IMG/VR virus record: IMGVR_UViG_3300035034_002381
Span: 1 to 64,000 of that record
Source of the DNA: a virus
Lineage: Duplodnaviria; Heunggongvirae; Uroviricota; Caudoviricetes
DNA length: 64,000 bases
Strand: one strand, 5' to 3'
The notes beneath the pieces were generated by a model, which ran no database searches, was not told the origin of the DNA, and saw only the letters and a program-made list of their open reading frames with translations. Shown in pieces: positions 40,322 through 49,796 of this stretch; the stretch's first letter is position 1; every line of letters starts with the position of its first letter. The translations under genes were made by a program, and so were the position numbers.

Positions 40322-41761
40322 ATGAAACCTTTATTTGTAATAGAAGACGAAATACAAAATAAGTCTAATATATTCGAACTAATTAATCCACAAAAATTAG
40401 ATCCGAATAAAAAGACTATATTAATAATCACATACAAAAATTTTGCTGGTGATTTTGACTATATTTATGGATTTAATCACAAGATTATTGAATTATTAAA
40501 AGATCAATATAATATTGTATTTGCTGGAAAGGAAATTAAAAAGAATGTCATCGATATAGATAATTTCTATTTAATTGATATGAAAGGTTATACGAGTTTA
40601 AATCAGAATAGATTTAAGCGCAAAAAAGAAGATCCTAACAGTAACCAAATTAACAGAAATATTTTATGGGAAGAATTTGAATCTGCGTTCGGTGATTTAG
40701 AAATTGATTTAATTTTTTATGCGACACCAGAGTATGCGATTTTACCTCATGGTAAATCTTATCATAAAGATTTCAAAGAAATACAAAACGAAATTCATGA
40801 TTATGTAGGCGCAGATACTAAAAAGATTCAGCGTATTAACGAAATTATGTACGATATCTATGAAAATTATGATACCCATGCATCTATTTTAATGTTTTCT
40901 GCCTGGCATAAAAATGTCATGATGAACTTGCCGGTTTTTCTAAAAGAAAGAAATTCGTTTAAAGTCATTGCATTTTCTATTGATCCTGCAAATACTTATC
41001 GATATTTGGAACACCATGGAATAGAATGTACCAATTTTTATTTTGAAGAAGATAAACGTGGTACTCGCAATTTCGAAAAATTTCCAATAGCACATCTTCA
41101 ACATTTAATTTTTGAAAACAACGAAAATCCTACAGAAAAATATAGTTTAGAAAAAACTACAGATTTTTTCTTTATGGGAACGATTATTCAAGAAAAGGGA
41201 AGTAGAATGCAGATGTGGTATGAATTTTTATCAGATTTAAAATTAGACGATAAATCTAATTTTTGGATCCCAATTAAACATAATGGAATTTACCGAACTA
41301 AAAAACAAGAAACTAGTGGTCATACCAAAAAGGGTTTACAGATTATTGATGAAAAATTCACAGACATTAAAAATGCTATCATAAATCATCCCAATTTTTC
41401 TGGACATTTATTACCATCAGAAGTCAAAAAACATATTGTAGCTTATAAATATTCATTAGTATTGCGATGTGTTTCTATTTATGATAGTCTAAATTTTAGA
41501 CCTATTTATTATGTTTATTTAAACATTCTTCCATTTTTAGATCATATGTATGATCCAGATTATTTACAGATTCCTAAGAAATTTCAAGACAAATTAGCAG
41601 TATCTAATTCACGAGATATCGAGGATAGAATCAAATATTATAATCAAAATCCAAAAGAAAGAATTCAGTTATTAAAAGAAATGAGAGAGTTTTTTGAAAT
41701 AGACGAGTTTTTAGAAGATTGGAAAAACATAACACTAAAACATATAGATCATGCTAAATAA
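40322..41761 (+). CDS. paralogous GT-B-like glycosyltransferase (tentative)
   Basis: 479 aa; FFFMGTIIQEKGSR...KYSLVLRCVSIYDSLNFRPIYYVYLNILPFL...AVSNSRDIEDRIKYYNQNP has the same layout as 37791. Confidence 0.35.
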   Translation: MKPLFVIEDEIQNKSNIFELINPQKLDPNKKTILIITYKNFAGDFDYIYGFNHKIIELLKDQYNIVFAGKEIKKNVIDIDNFYLIDMKGYTSLNQNRFKRKKEDPNSNQINRNILWEEFESAFGDLEIDLIFYATPEYAILPHGKSYHKDFKEIQNEIHDYVGADTKKIQRINEIMYDIYENYDTHASILMFSAWHKNVMMNLPVFLKERNSFKVIAFSIDPANTYRYLEHHGIECTNFYFEEDKRGTRNFEKFPIAHLQHLIFENNENPTEKYSLEKTTDFFFMGTIIQEKGSRMQMWYEFLSDLKLDDKSNFWIPIKHNGIYRTKKQETSGHTKKGLQIIDEKFTDIKNAIINHPNFSGHLLPSEVKKHIVAYKYSLVLRCVSIYDSLNFRPIYYVYLNILPFLDHMYDPDYLQIPKKFQDKLAVSNSRDIEDRIKYYNQNPKERIQLLKEMREFFEIDEFLEDWKNITLKHIDHAK

Positions 41762-42398
41762 GATATTTAAAAGTTTGAGTAATTCTGAAAATGAAGCATT
41801 ATGTGTACAAAGAACTAATCTTTTATTCGAAGCATTAGATATTATAGAAAAACATAATGGGAAAGCTTGGTTAGATTGTGGTACTTTGTTAGGTGCGTAT
41901 AGAGATGGTGAATATATTCCATGGGACGTCGATGTAGATTTAGGAATTAATATCGAGGATGTTACTGAGGAAATGCTAAATGATTTCAGAGATAAATATA
42001 ATATACGACACGATAATGGAAACTTAGATCAATACAAATTTTGCTCATTTTATAAGAGAGATGAAAATGGTGATAATTACAAATTTAGAAGATGTAATTT
42101 ATGGATTGATTTACATATGTACTATCCAAATTATGATGGTACAAGAACTATGACAATTACTACAGGAAAAATTAGAGCACCTAAAAAAATCTTTCCAGCA
42201 CCTGCTGAATGTATCGAGAATTTAGAACAAATTGAATGGCAAGGTAGAAAAGTAAATATTCCTAGTAAAACTGTAAAATATTTAGAACAATGGTATGGAT
42301 ATGATTGGGACGTACCTAACGATAAATGGAAAATGTCTCCGAGTTGGTACGATAATCCAACAAATGACAAAATTATTCAAGGTAAAACCCTCTTTTAA
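41751..42398 (+). CDS. LicD-family phosphotransferase (phosphocholine/phospho-alditol transferase family)
   Basis: KAWLDCGTLLGAYRDGEYIPWDVDVDLGI matches the LicD signature W.d.GTLLGa.R...IPWDdD.D. Confidence 0.75.
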   Translation: MLNKIFKSLSNSENEALCVQRTNLLFEALDIIEKHNGKAWLDCGTLLGAYRDGEYIPWDVDVDLGINIEDVTEEMLNDFRDKYNIRHDNGNLDQYKFCSFYKRDENGDNYKFRRCNLWIDLHMYYPNYDGTRTMTITTGKIRAPKKIFPAPAECIENLEQIEWQGRKVNIPSKTVKYLEQWYGYDWDVPNDKWKMSPSWYDNPTNDKIIQGKTLF

Positions 42399-42416
42399 AC
42401 AAAATAAACAAAACAA

Positions 42417-43178
42417 ATGCATATATTAAATGAATATTTTGACAAGATTTATATTACCAACCTCGACTCGGCCAAAGATAGATATGAAAGATTATCTAAA
42501 GAACTGGATTCATTTGGCGTTGTTTATGAAAGATTCAAAGCATTGACTCCAGATGATGCAAGAAAGGTATTTGCTGAAAAAGGCCTAAAGATTCCTAAAA
42601 GTAATAGTGGAGCTCTTGGTTGCGCAACTTCACATTATATATGCTGTCAACAGGCTGCGAAAAATGGACTTAAAAGAATTTTGATTCTTGAAGATGATGC
42701 AAGAATAACCGATATAGATTTTAATCAAGAGACTCAAAATTTAGTTGAACAAATAAGAAAAACCGACTGGTTTTATCTAAAGCTTGGTTATAATATCACT
42801 AACCAGATGTTAGACGAAAATTTTGAGTTTCATAGAGTTTCAGAAAATTTGTTTAATCTTTCAAAAAGTTCTATGACCACCGCTATAGCTTTCAATATCG
42901 AAAAAATCGTAGAGGATGAGAATGCTTCCACAGTTTTTATTTCTGATCACGCATTAGAAAATAGTAAATTGAATATTCATATTGACCATAGATTGTTTAT
43001 GATGTGTAACGAATTCGGAATTCTACAATGCCATTATTATCCAGCAATATTTACTCAGACTGATGGGTATTCATACATAGGAAAAGAAGAAAGGAAATTC
43101 TCTAATATTGATAAAAGAACAAACAGAATATTCAAAGAGCATATACAATCTTCTAGCTCAACAAAAAAATTATTTTAA
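42417..43178 (+). CDS. glycosyltransferase family 25 (LgtB/Lic2B-like)
   Basis: FDKIYITNLDSAKDRYERL..., GALGCATSHY and ILILEDDARI. Confidence 0.65.
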   Translation: MHILNEYFDKIYITNLDSAKDRYERLSKELDSFGVVYERFKALTPDDARKVFAEKGLKIPKSNSGALGCATSHYICCQQAAKNGLKRILILEDDARITDIDFNQETQNLVEQIRKTDWFYLKLGYNITNQMLDENFEFHRVSENLFNLSKSSMTTAIAFNIEKIVEDENASTVFISDHALENSKLNIHIDHRLFMMCNEFGILQCHYYPAIFTQTDGYSYIGKEERKFSNIDKRTNRIFKEHIQSSSSTKKLF

Positions 43179-43196
43179 ACAAAGAAAATAGAAAAT

Positions 43197-43976
43197 ATGG
43201 AATTTTTAAATATACTACAATCGGAATTACAATCGGGATTTATTTACATACCTAATAGAGGCAATGCTGGGGATGTTGTCATTCAACAATCTACTATTAA
43301 ATTTTTTGAAAAAAATAATCTAAACTTCGAATTAGGAAAAAACACTACAACTTATGTTGGGGAAAATCTAGTTTATGGTGGGGGTGGAAATTTGATTGGA
43401 AAATACCAACCGGCTAAAAAATTCATAAAATTAAATGCGGAAAAAAATCATATAATGATATTACCGCATACAATTAAGAACAGCGAAAAGTCTTTAAATA
43501 TGCTGAATAAGGATTCTATTGTTTTTTGCAGAGAAAGAATATCTCATGAATATGTTAGTAAATTTATTGAAAAATGTTATTTACATAAAGATATGGCTTT
43601 TCATCTAGATTTAGAATCTTATAAAAAGGAATCTAAATATGAAGTAGGAAATATATTTAGAATGGATGTCGAATCTTCTAATAACGTTAAAAAAATTCCA
43701 TCTAATAATGTGGATATATCCAGTGTTTTTAATCGTAGAAATCAGCATACAAATTTAGAAGTAGCTCAAGCTGTATTTGATGATTTTGTTAATTATATAG
43801 CAGATTTCGAAATTGTAAACACAGATAGATTACATATTGCAATTATTGCTGCAATATTGGGAAAAAATGTTAATCTTTATCCTAACTCATATTATAAAAA
43901 TAAAGCCGTATATGACTATACATTATCGTTAGAATATCCCAACGTCAATTTTATCGATGAAGTAAAATATAGATGA
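43197..43976 (+). CDS. polysaccharide pyruvyl transferase family protein
   Basis: PNRGNAGDVVIQ, VYGGGGNL and NTDRLHIAIIAAILGKNV. Confidence 0.6.
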   Translation: MEFLNILQSELQSGFIYIPNRGNAGDVVIQQSTIKFFEKNNLNFELGKNTTTYVGENLVYGGGGNLIGKYQPAKKFIKLNAEKNHIMILPHTIKNSEKSLNMLNKDSIVFCRERISHEYVSKFIEKCYLHKDMAFHLDLESYKKESKYEVGNIFRMDVESSNNVKKIPSNNVDISSVFNRRNQHTNLEVAQAVFDDFVNYIADFEIVNTDRLHIAIIAAILGKNVNLYPNSYYKNKAVYDYTLSLEYPNVNFIDEVKYR

Positions 43977-43983
43977 TGCATTT

Positions 43984-44013
43984 TAAAACTTTTTATTAAT
44001 GTATTAATATAAA
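43984..44013 (+). promoter_or_regulatory. TAAAACTTT ... TAATATAAA promoter-like motif
   Basis: upstream of 44031. Confidence 0.45.
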
Positions 44014-44030
44014 CTTTAATATACTTTTTT

Positions 44031-44603
44031 ATGAAAACAATTATTATTGAAGGATGTGATAGAGTAGGAAAAGATACAGTTTGTAATGGAATAAAACTGA
44101 CTGCGGACTGTTTACTTTATCGACATTGGCTTAAACCTAAAGGTCAAACTAATGATGAAAGAGTTAATTATCAAAAGACAACATTTAAAAAGGAATTTGA
44201 TTTACGTAAATCTTTTTTGGATGATTGGTATCTTAATGATAATGATAAAAATTCTGATTTAATTCTTTGGAACAGAAGTCATATTGGAGAATATGTTTAT
44301 GGAAAACTATATCGAGACTATGATCCAAATTGGATTTATAATCTGGAAAATCTTTATAATTTTTCTGATAATAACATTTATTTGGTAATGTTATATGCAG
44401 ATCCAGATTTTTTGTGTGAGAATGATGATGGACATTCATTCAGTTCTGATATTGAAGGTAAAACGCAAGAAATCAATTTATTCCACGAAGCAGTGGATAA
44501 AAGTCTAATACCAAATAAAATAAAAATAAAAGTAAATGACGGAAAACGTTACCGAGACAGAAAAGAAATTAGAAAAGAAATTTTTGATCGAATCTTCAAT
44601 TAA
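44031..44603 (+). CDS. deoxynucleoside monophosphate kinase (T4 gp1-like)
   Basis: IIIEGCDRVGKDT resembles T4 gp1 FLSGVKRSGKDT; 190 aa; directly upstream of the hydroxymethylase. Confidence 0.6.
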   Translation: MKTIIIEGCDRVGKDTVCNGIKLTADCLLYRHWLKPKGQTNDERVNYQKTTFKKEFDLRKSFLDDWYLNDNDKNSDLILWNRSHIGEYVYGKLYRDYDPNWIYNLENLYNFSDNNIYLVMLYADPDFLCENDDGHSFSSDIEGKTQEINLFHEAVDKSLIPNKIKIKVNDGKRYRDRKEIRKEIFDRIFN

Positions 44604-45468
44604 TCAAAGATTCCAAGAACTTATTGAGCAGATTGAGATATCTGCAGAAATGAATGGTACAGTTAATCCACGAGATTTACTGGTTAAAGAATCACTACTT
44701 ACAGGATTTTCTATTGATCCAAGATATCCATGTATAGATTTCGAAGCAAGAAAATTCAACTATAAATATTTTGCTGCTGAGGTTGCATGGTATTTATTAA
44801 AAGATAATACAACAGAATTTATTTCTAAGTTTTCCAATTTCTGGAATAATATTACAAATCCAGATGGAACTATTAATTCTAATTATGGAAAAATTCTATT
44901 AACACAAATAAACAATACTATCACACCAATAGCATGGGTAGTAAATTCTTTAAGAAAAGATAAAAATTCTAGACAAGCAATTGCATATATTGGAAGTAAG
45001 GATTTTCAATATGAAGGAAATAAAGATTTTGTGTGTACTCAATATATTTTGTTTTTTATTCGAAACGATGAACTTCATATGAAAGTTCAAATGAGATCAA
45101 ACGATATTTTTTATGGATTATCTTATGATGCTCCTTGGTTTTCGTTAGTTCATCAAAATACATTTCTTGAACTAAAAGAATTATATCCAGAATTAAAAAT
45201 TGGAAAGTATTTTCATTTTTCTGATAACTCACATTTTTATCAAAGACATTTTAGTAAAGCTCAAGAAGTCTTACAAGAAGAGGTTAAGCTTGGTCCTAAA
45301 ATTGTTCTTGAGAAACCTTTATGGAGAACTTATGAAAATGGTAATTGCGTTATTACTGAAACGGCTAGTAATTATATAGATTTTTTCAATAAAAATTTAG
45401 GTGATTTATCCGAGTATAAAAACGAACAATTTAAAGAAGTTCTCAAAAAAATCGTAAAAATTAACTAA
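44536..45468 (+). CDS. deoxycytidylate hydroxymethylase (T4 gp42-like; thymidylate synthase superfamily)
   Basis: GTINSNYG, NSRQAIAYI, DFVCTQYILFFIRN (catalytic Cys), MRSNDIFYGLSYDAPW (Asp where ThyA has Asn) and NSHFYQRHF parallel T4 gp42 blocks; start uncertain (68-nt overlap; alternative ATG at 44650). Confidence 0.75.
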   Translation: MTENVTETEKKLEKKFLIESSINQRFQELIEQIEISAEMNGTVNPRDLLVKESLLTGFSIDPRYPCIDFEARKFNYKYFAAEVAWYLLKDNTTEFISKFSNFWNNITNPDGTINSNYGKILLTQINNTITPIAWVVNSLRKDKNSRQAIAYIGSKDFQYEGNKDFVCTQYILFFIRNDELHMKVQMRSNDIFYGLSYDAPWFSLVHQNTFLELKELYPELKIGKYFHFSDNSHFYQRHFSKAQEVLQEEVKLGPKIVLEKPLWRTYENGNCVITETASNYIDFFNKNLGDLSEYKNEQFKEVLKKIVKIN

Positions 45469-45532
45469 ACAAAAATTTTATAGTACCAATATTTTTTATT
45501 ATATTTGTACTGTAATTAAAAACAACACATAC

Positions 45533-46681
45533 ATGAATAATCAAAAAACAATCCAGGCGATTGAGGATAAATTCTCCGCCGCAATTGAACCGCTGAAAAA
45601 GCAAACTGTTCGTAAAGAAATTAATTTTAGAGACATTGAAATCAATGATTCTAAATTATATTTTCAAGATACACCACTTTCAAAAATTGCACAAAGAAAA
45701 ATTTTGAATGAGTTGCAAGTCAAAAGTGGATTTATCAATTATTCTGAAAAATTGGAAGATCGTGACTGGGAAATGATTTCTAAAAAACTTAAAGATGCAC
45801 AAGGTGATCGGGTTGTTTATGGAAATTTTGAAACCGACTCAGAAAACAAAGAAATTATCCAAAACGTTTTTGGTAAAAAACAAGACAAACCTGCTGCCGA
45901 TCCTGGAGATTATGATTTTTTCATAAACTCAATTACAGAGTCTTTAGGAAAATCTGAAATTGAATATGATTTGGGATCATTTAATTTTGATCAATACCGA
46001 AGAATTTTTGATTTATCCCTGCTAAACAGAGAATCAAGTATTGATATCTTTAAGGATGGAAAAGATATTTGGGATGGCGGTCATTCATTCACATTCAATA
46101 CTTCACAATTTTCTACTTCACCATTTTTCGAAAGATTGGTTTGTACTAATGGAATGAGAAGTCGCCAAAACATGTTTAGCTCTTCAATTAACCAAAGTAA
46201 ATTCAATGTTAAGAAAATATCCAGATTGATTGAAAAAAATATTTTGGATGGTACGGAATCTTTGAATGAAGCAATCATGATTCAAGCTAATCACTTGATC
46301 AAAAACAACATCTCAATTAATGAATTTGATATTTTCCGCAAGAAATTCATTACATCCGACGAAGAAAAACAACACCTTTTCGAAAAAATTCGTAATCAAT
46401 ATTTTGATGATAAGCCTTTCTATAAAGCTTATGGAGAAAATATTGCGGAAAAATCGAAAAAATGGAGATCAACCGCAAATTCAGGAATCAATGCATATCA
46501 ATTTTTTAATATGCTTACCTGGTTAGGTTCTCACCAAAAAGAAACTGGATTGTCTGACACAGTTTCTAGAGATATCCAACTAAGCGCCTCTAATCTGTTT
46601 TTCAAAGAAAATCTTGATTTGGAAGATGTGGCTGGAAATGTTAACGTGGATTATCCTGTTAATGATATTGCGTTCGCATAA
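45533..46681 (+). CDS. DUF932-like protein
   Basis: FFERLVCTNGM motif; 382 aa. Confidence 0.45.
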   Translation: MNNQKTIQAIEDKFSAAIEPLKKQTVRKEINFRDIEINDSKLYFQDTPLSKIAQRKILNELQVKSGFINYSEKLEDRDWEMISKKLKDAQGDRVVYGNFETDSENKEIIQNVFGKKQDKPAADPGDYDFFINSITESLGKSEIEYDLGSFNFDQYRRIFDLSLLNRESSIDIFKDGKDIWDGGHSFTFNTSQFSTSPFFERLVCTNGMRSRQNMFSSSINQSKFNVKKISRLIEKNILDGTESLNEAIMIQANHLIKNNISINEFDIFRKKFITSDEEKQHLFEKIRNQYFDDKPFYKAYGENIAEKSKKWRSTANSGINAYQFFNMLTWLGSHQKETGLSDTVSRDIQLSASNLFFKENLDLEDVAGNVNVDYPVNDIAFA

Positions 46682-46718
46682 GATTTTCTTTTCATAATTA
46701 ATCCATTCTGTGGATTAA

Positions 46719-46749
46719 AGCCCGAGCAAATTAATGCTCGGGCTTTTTT
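46719..46749 (+). terminator. intrinsic terminator
   Basis: agcccgagc-aaattaat-gctcgggct followed by a T-run; a second small hairpin lies just upstream. Confidence 0.85.
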
Positions 46750-46796
46750 ATGTTGTTTAAAAATTGATATATAATCTATAAAGAAAATAACATATA

Positions 46797-47360
46797 ATGA
46801 AAAATTTAAAATCTTACGAAAATTTTGAGAATCAACTTTTAGAAAATGGGTGGAGTGGTGAACATCTCGACGCAAATTTTAAACTTGATGGAAATGAAGT
46901 AATTGTGACTTTTGATAAAGCCATGACTTCAGCAGTCAAAAAAGTTCTTGCTGGAAAGAACGATCCTCTACTTGATACAGTAGAGGATGAGATCAGAATT
47001 CAATTAGGTAGAGAAATTGACTGGGATCAAGATGTTGAACCATCTAAATCAGGTATAGGAATGAGATTTGTGCTTGAACATATTCAACTTTTTGAAGGAA
47101 AAGCTTCGCCTGGTGGTGAAATAGAAATTAAAGAACTACAAGATTTGGTAGATGATTTACCTAAAACTGTAATTACACAAAACGCAGAGTACGACAGATT
47201 CGACAGAAATTTTAATTTTGAATTTACAATTAGTGGTGATAATTGGCAGATATATTATGACAAATTGGCCAAGTCACCATATTTATTAAATCTGGATAGT
47301 GGAACGGATAAAGAAATAGTTAATCCACTGGAATTACAAAAATTACTTAAATCATTTTAA
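46797..47360 (+). CDS. CTS-leader protein (MKNLKSYENFENQ)
   Basis: 187-aa ORF. Confidence 0.7.
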   Translation: MKNLKSYENFENQLLENGWSGEHLDANFKLDGNEVIVTFDKAMTSAVKKVLAGKNDPLLDTVEDEIRIQLGREIDWDQDVEPSKSGIGMRFVLEHIQLFEGKASPGGEIEIKELQDLVDDLPKTVITQNAEYDRFDRNFNFEFTISGDNWQIYYDKLAKSPYLLNLDSGTDKEIVNPLELQKLLKSF

Positions 47361-47361
47361 A

Positions 47362-47640
47362 ATGGAAAATGTAGACATGGGATTATGGGCAGTGAATGTA
47401 ACTGTTTATCAAGAAGATTCAAAAGGCAAAGAAAAGGGTGTTAGACATCCTTATCTAGTAAATGCAGCAAGCGCAAAGCATGCGATTGAAATTGTTGAAG
47501 AAGATTATAAAGGTTCACCACAAAAATGGAAAATATCAGCAATTAAAAAATCTAATGTTGTTGATGTATTAAACTATTCTGGTGTACAGAACCTCACGAA
47601 AAATACACAGCTTGATACTAGTTTAATGTTAAATGATTAA
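47362..47640 (+). CDS. hypothetical protein
   Basis: 92-aa ORF. Confidence 0.6.
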   Translation: MENVDMGLWAVNVTVYQEDSKGKEKGVRHPYLVNAASAKHAIEIVEEDYKGSPQKWKISAIKKSNVVDVLNYSGVQNLTKNTQLDTSLMLND

Positions 47641-47730
47641 TATATATTATATTAACAAGTATAACTGAGGTCATTCTAGGCCATCTAGATTTAACACAGA
47701 AGGTCATAGATATAAAATTTAATACACAAA

Positions 47731-47925
47731 ATGAAAAGTTTCAAAAAAGTCTTAGAAAACAAAGAAGCTGATAAGCTATATACTTTAAAACTGGACTTGA
47801 TCAGTTGGTGGAAAGAAAATTCAAGTAAACCAAATGTTATAAAAAAGAGAAAAAACATTCAAGGTAAAATTGATCAAGTAGTAAAATTATTAGATGAAGT
47901 TGTAGATGAAACTTATGAAAAGTAA
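47731..47925 (+). CDS. small protein (weak CTS-like MKSFKKVLENKE)
   Basis: 64-aa ORF. Confidence 0.55.
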   Translation: MKSFKKVLENKEADKLYTLKLDLISWWKENSSKPNVIKKRKNIQGKIDQVVKLLDEVVDETYEK

Positions 47926-47930
47926 ATTAA

Positions 47931-48263
47931 ATGGACACACAACAGTTTAACGAAATTGAAGAGATTAATCAGATTAAAGTTATTCCAAATGGTTGGCGAG
48001 AAGTTACAATTGAGTACGGAATTAAAAAGTATGGGACCAGTGCATCACTACTTTTTTGCTGGAGAGTAGAAAATACTAATTTAATTTTCGAGGCGCCATT
48101 AAATCAAGTTTATGAAGATTGTCAAGGTAAGTATGAAGAACATTTTATCAAAGTTTTGGAAGTCTTCTGGAAAGACTTCGTTGAGTGGAAATCACAAGGA
48201 TTCCCAAAACCCTGGATGCGAAAACACAAAGAGCAATTCGGAAAATACATATACACTTATTAA
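47931..48263 (+). CDS. hypothetical protein
   Basis: 110-aa ORF. Confidence 0.6.
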   Translation: MDTQQFNEIEEINQIKVIPNGWREVTIEYGIKKYGTSASLLFCWRVENTNLIFEAPLNQVYEDCQGKYEEHFIKVLEVFWKDFVEWKSQGFPKPWMRKHKEQFGKYIYTY

Positions 48264-48273
48264 AATTAAACAA

Positions 48274-48876
48274 ATGCAAGGACAATTATACCAATGGCAA
48301 AAAGGTGAATACATTGAACAATATTCTAAAGCTATCGATGTAGAAGAAGAAGGCGAGATGTCATTTCTGATTTTTGAAGATGGTAGAAGAATTAACATCG
48401 AACTTATTGAAGAATTTCTTATACCAGTAAATTCAGAAGACGAAGGTTATATTATCAGAGAAGAAGTTATAGATGATTTAGTAGAAATGAAAGGTAAAGA
48501 CGGTGGGATATATACTGTTCCTGGACCAGATCATGGTAAGCGTCGGATCACGAAAAAACCTAAAACCAAACAAGCCAAACCCATCATCACATCGACACCT
48601 AAACAACAAATTAAAGAGGAACCTAAAAATCTTTATCCTAATGATCCTATAATAGCACTCTTAGAAAAATCAAAAAAGGTCACCAAACCTATTAATATAA
48701 CATTACGTTTAGATATTATTACACAAGGTACATACGATCTGATTATTGACAATTTTGAAGATAGTGAAGAAAGCATTGTTGAATATTTGATTTCTTCTAT
48801 CGATAAAAAGGAATTAGTGGAAAGTATAAAGGTTCAACTTAAAGGTTCGTATTCGAAAACACCAATCACAGTATGA
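48274..48876 (+). CDS. hypothetical protein
   Basis: start trimmed to MQGQLYQ to remove the overlap with 47931-48263. Confidence 0.6.
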   Translation: MQGQLYQWQKGEYIEQYSKAIDVEEEGEMSFLIFEDGRRINIELIEEFLIPVNSEDEGYIIREEVIDDLVEMKGKDGGIYTVPGPDHGKRRITKKPKTKQAKPIITSTPKQQIKEEPKNLYPNDPIIALLEKSKKVTKPINITLRLDIITQGTYDLIIDNFEDSEESIVEYLISSIDKKELVESIKVQLKGSYSKTPITV

Positions 48877-49403
48877 AAGATAAAAATTTAAAATATGAAT
48901 CGAAGAGATTTAACGTTGTTAAAAAACAGGGTAGAGTTAAAATAGATTATAAAAAAATGACAGTTGGCGTTTTACCATATACTATTAAAGATGGACTCCT
49001 AGACAAAATTGGTATTCTGCATGAATGGAATCCTACAAGACAAGATGATTTTTGTCACACGATAATCACTGGTACTGTAGACCCAGAAGATACTGATTAT
49101 CTTTTTGCGGCAAAAAGAGAATTACTTGAGGAAGGTGGCATTAAAGATACTAATGACGATAATTGGATATTTTTAGGTTCATTTTACGTTTCAAAAGGCA
49201 GTAATGAAATGTGTCACACCTTTGCAGTAGATGTTACAGATCTAGAAATTGGTGAAGCAGTAGGAGATGGTTCTGATGCTGAAGAAAAATCTGAATTTTC
49301 TTTAATGGATTCAGGAAATGCAATTACAATTACTAATGAAAGTTTAGTCTTAGCCTCATTTCTAAGACTGTTTGACTTCTTTTATCAAAAGAATAATGGG
49401 TAA
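48873..49403 (+). CDS. Nudix hydrolase
   Basis: Nudix box GTVDPEDTDYLFAAKRELLEEGGI (G-x5-E-x7-REUxEExGU). Confidence 0.8.
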   Translation: MKDKNLKYESKRFNVVKKQGRVKIDYKKMTVGVLPYTIKDGLLDKIGILHEWNPTRQDDFCHTIITGTVDPEDTDYLFAAKRELLEEGGIKDTNDDNWIFLGSFYVSKGSNEMCHTFAVDVTDLEIGEAVGDGSDAEEKSEFSLMDSGNAITITNESLVLASFLRLFDFFYQKNNG

Positions 49404-49746
49404 TTATATCAATTCATATTTACATGAGAAATTGGATAATAAAATTCAATTAATACATGTTACCACACCTGAAATAGCTAAACAAATAAAAATTGAAGGT
49501 TTTATATCCAGGGGATATATAAATCATAAGTATTATTCAAATTTAGGAAATAACGGAATATATTTTTACGATAATAGAAGACAGGCACAATTTTATGCGG
49601 GACATTTAATGAGTAAAATTAATTCAAAAAAGTGGCACTTATATTTTGTGAAATATTGCGTGGATATACAATGCACAATAGTAAAATTGAAGATGGAATA
49701 TTTATCAAAACTGAAGATTTACCAAAAATTAAAATTAATGGTGTGA
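49396..49746 (+). CDS. hypothetical protein, probably frame-split near 49640 (alternative C-terminus to 49785); faint H-Y-E ADP-ribosyltransferase-like pattern
   Basis: LIHVTT, GIYFYD and, in the other frame, SKIEDGIFIK; the second frame (IFCEILRGYTMHNSKIEDGIFIKTEDLPKIKINGVTIESY) looks more protein-like than the track tail. Confidence 0.35.
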   Translation: MGNYINSYLHEKLDNKIQLIHVTTPEIAKQIKIEGFISRGYINHKYYSNLGNNGIYFYDNRRQAQFYAGHLMSKINSKKWHLYFVKYCVDIQCTIVKLKMEYLSKLKIYQKLKLMV

Positions 49747-49796
49747 CCATAGAATCATATAGCGAAATTTATTGATACCAATTAAAACAAAATTAG

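Noticed and set aside
44536-45468. Calling this gene thymidylate synthase (thyA)
   Set aside because: Asp replaces the ThyA Asn in the GLSYDAPW block, and the block-wise resemblance is to T4 gp42. dCMP hydroxymethylase is therefore the better call, pending alignment.
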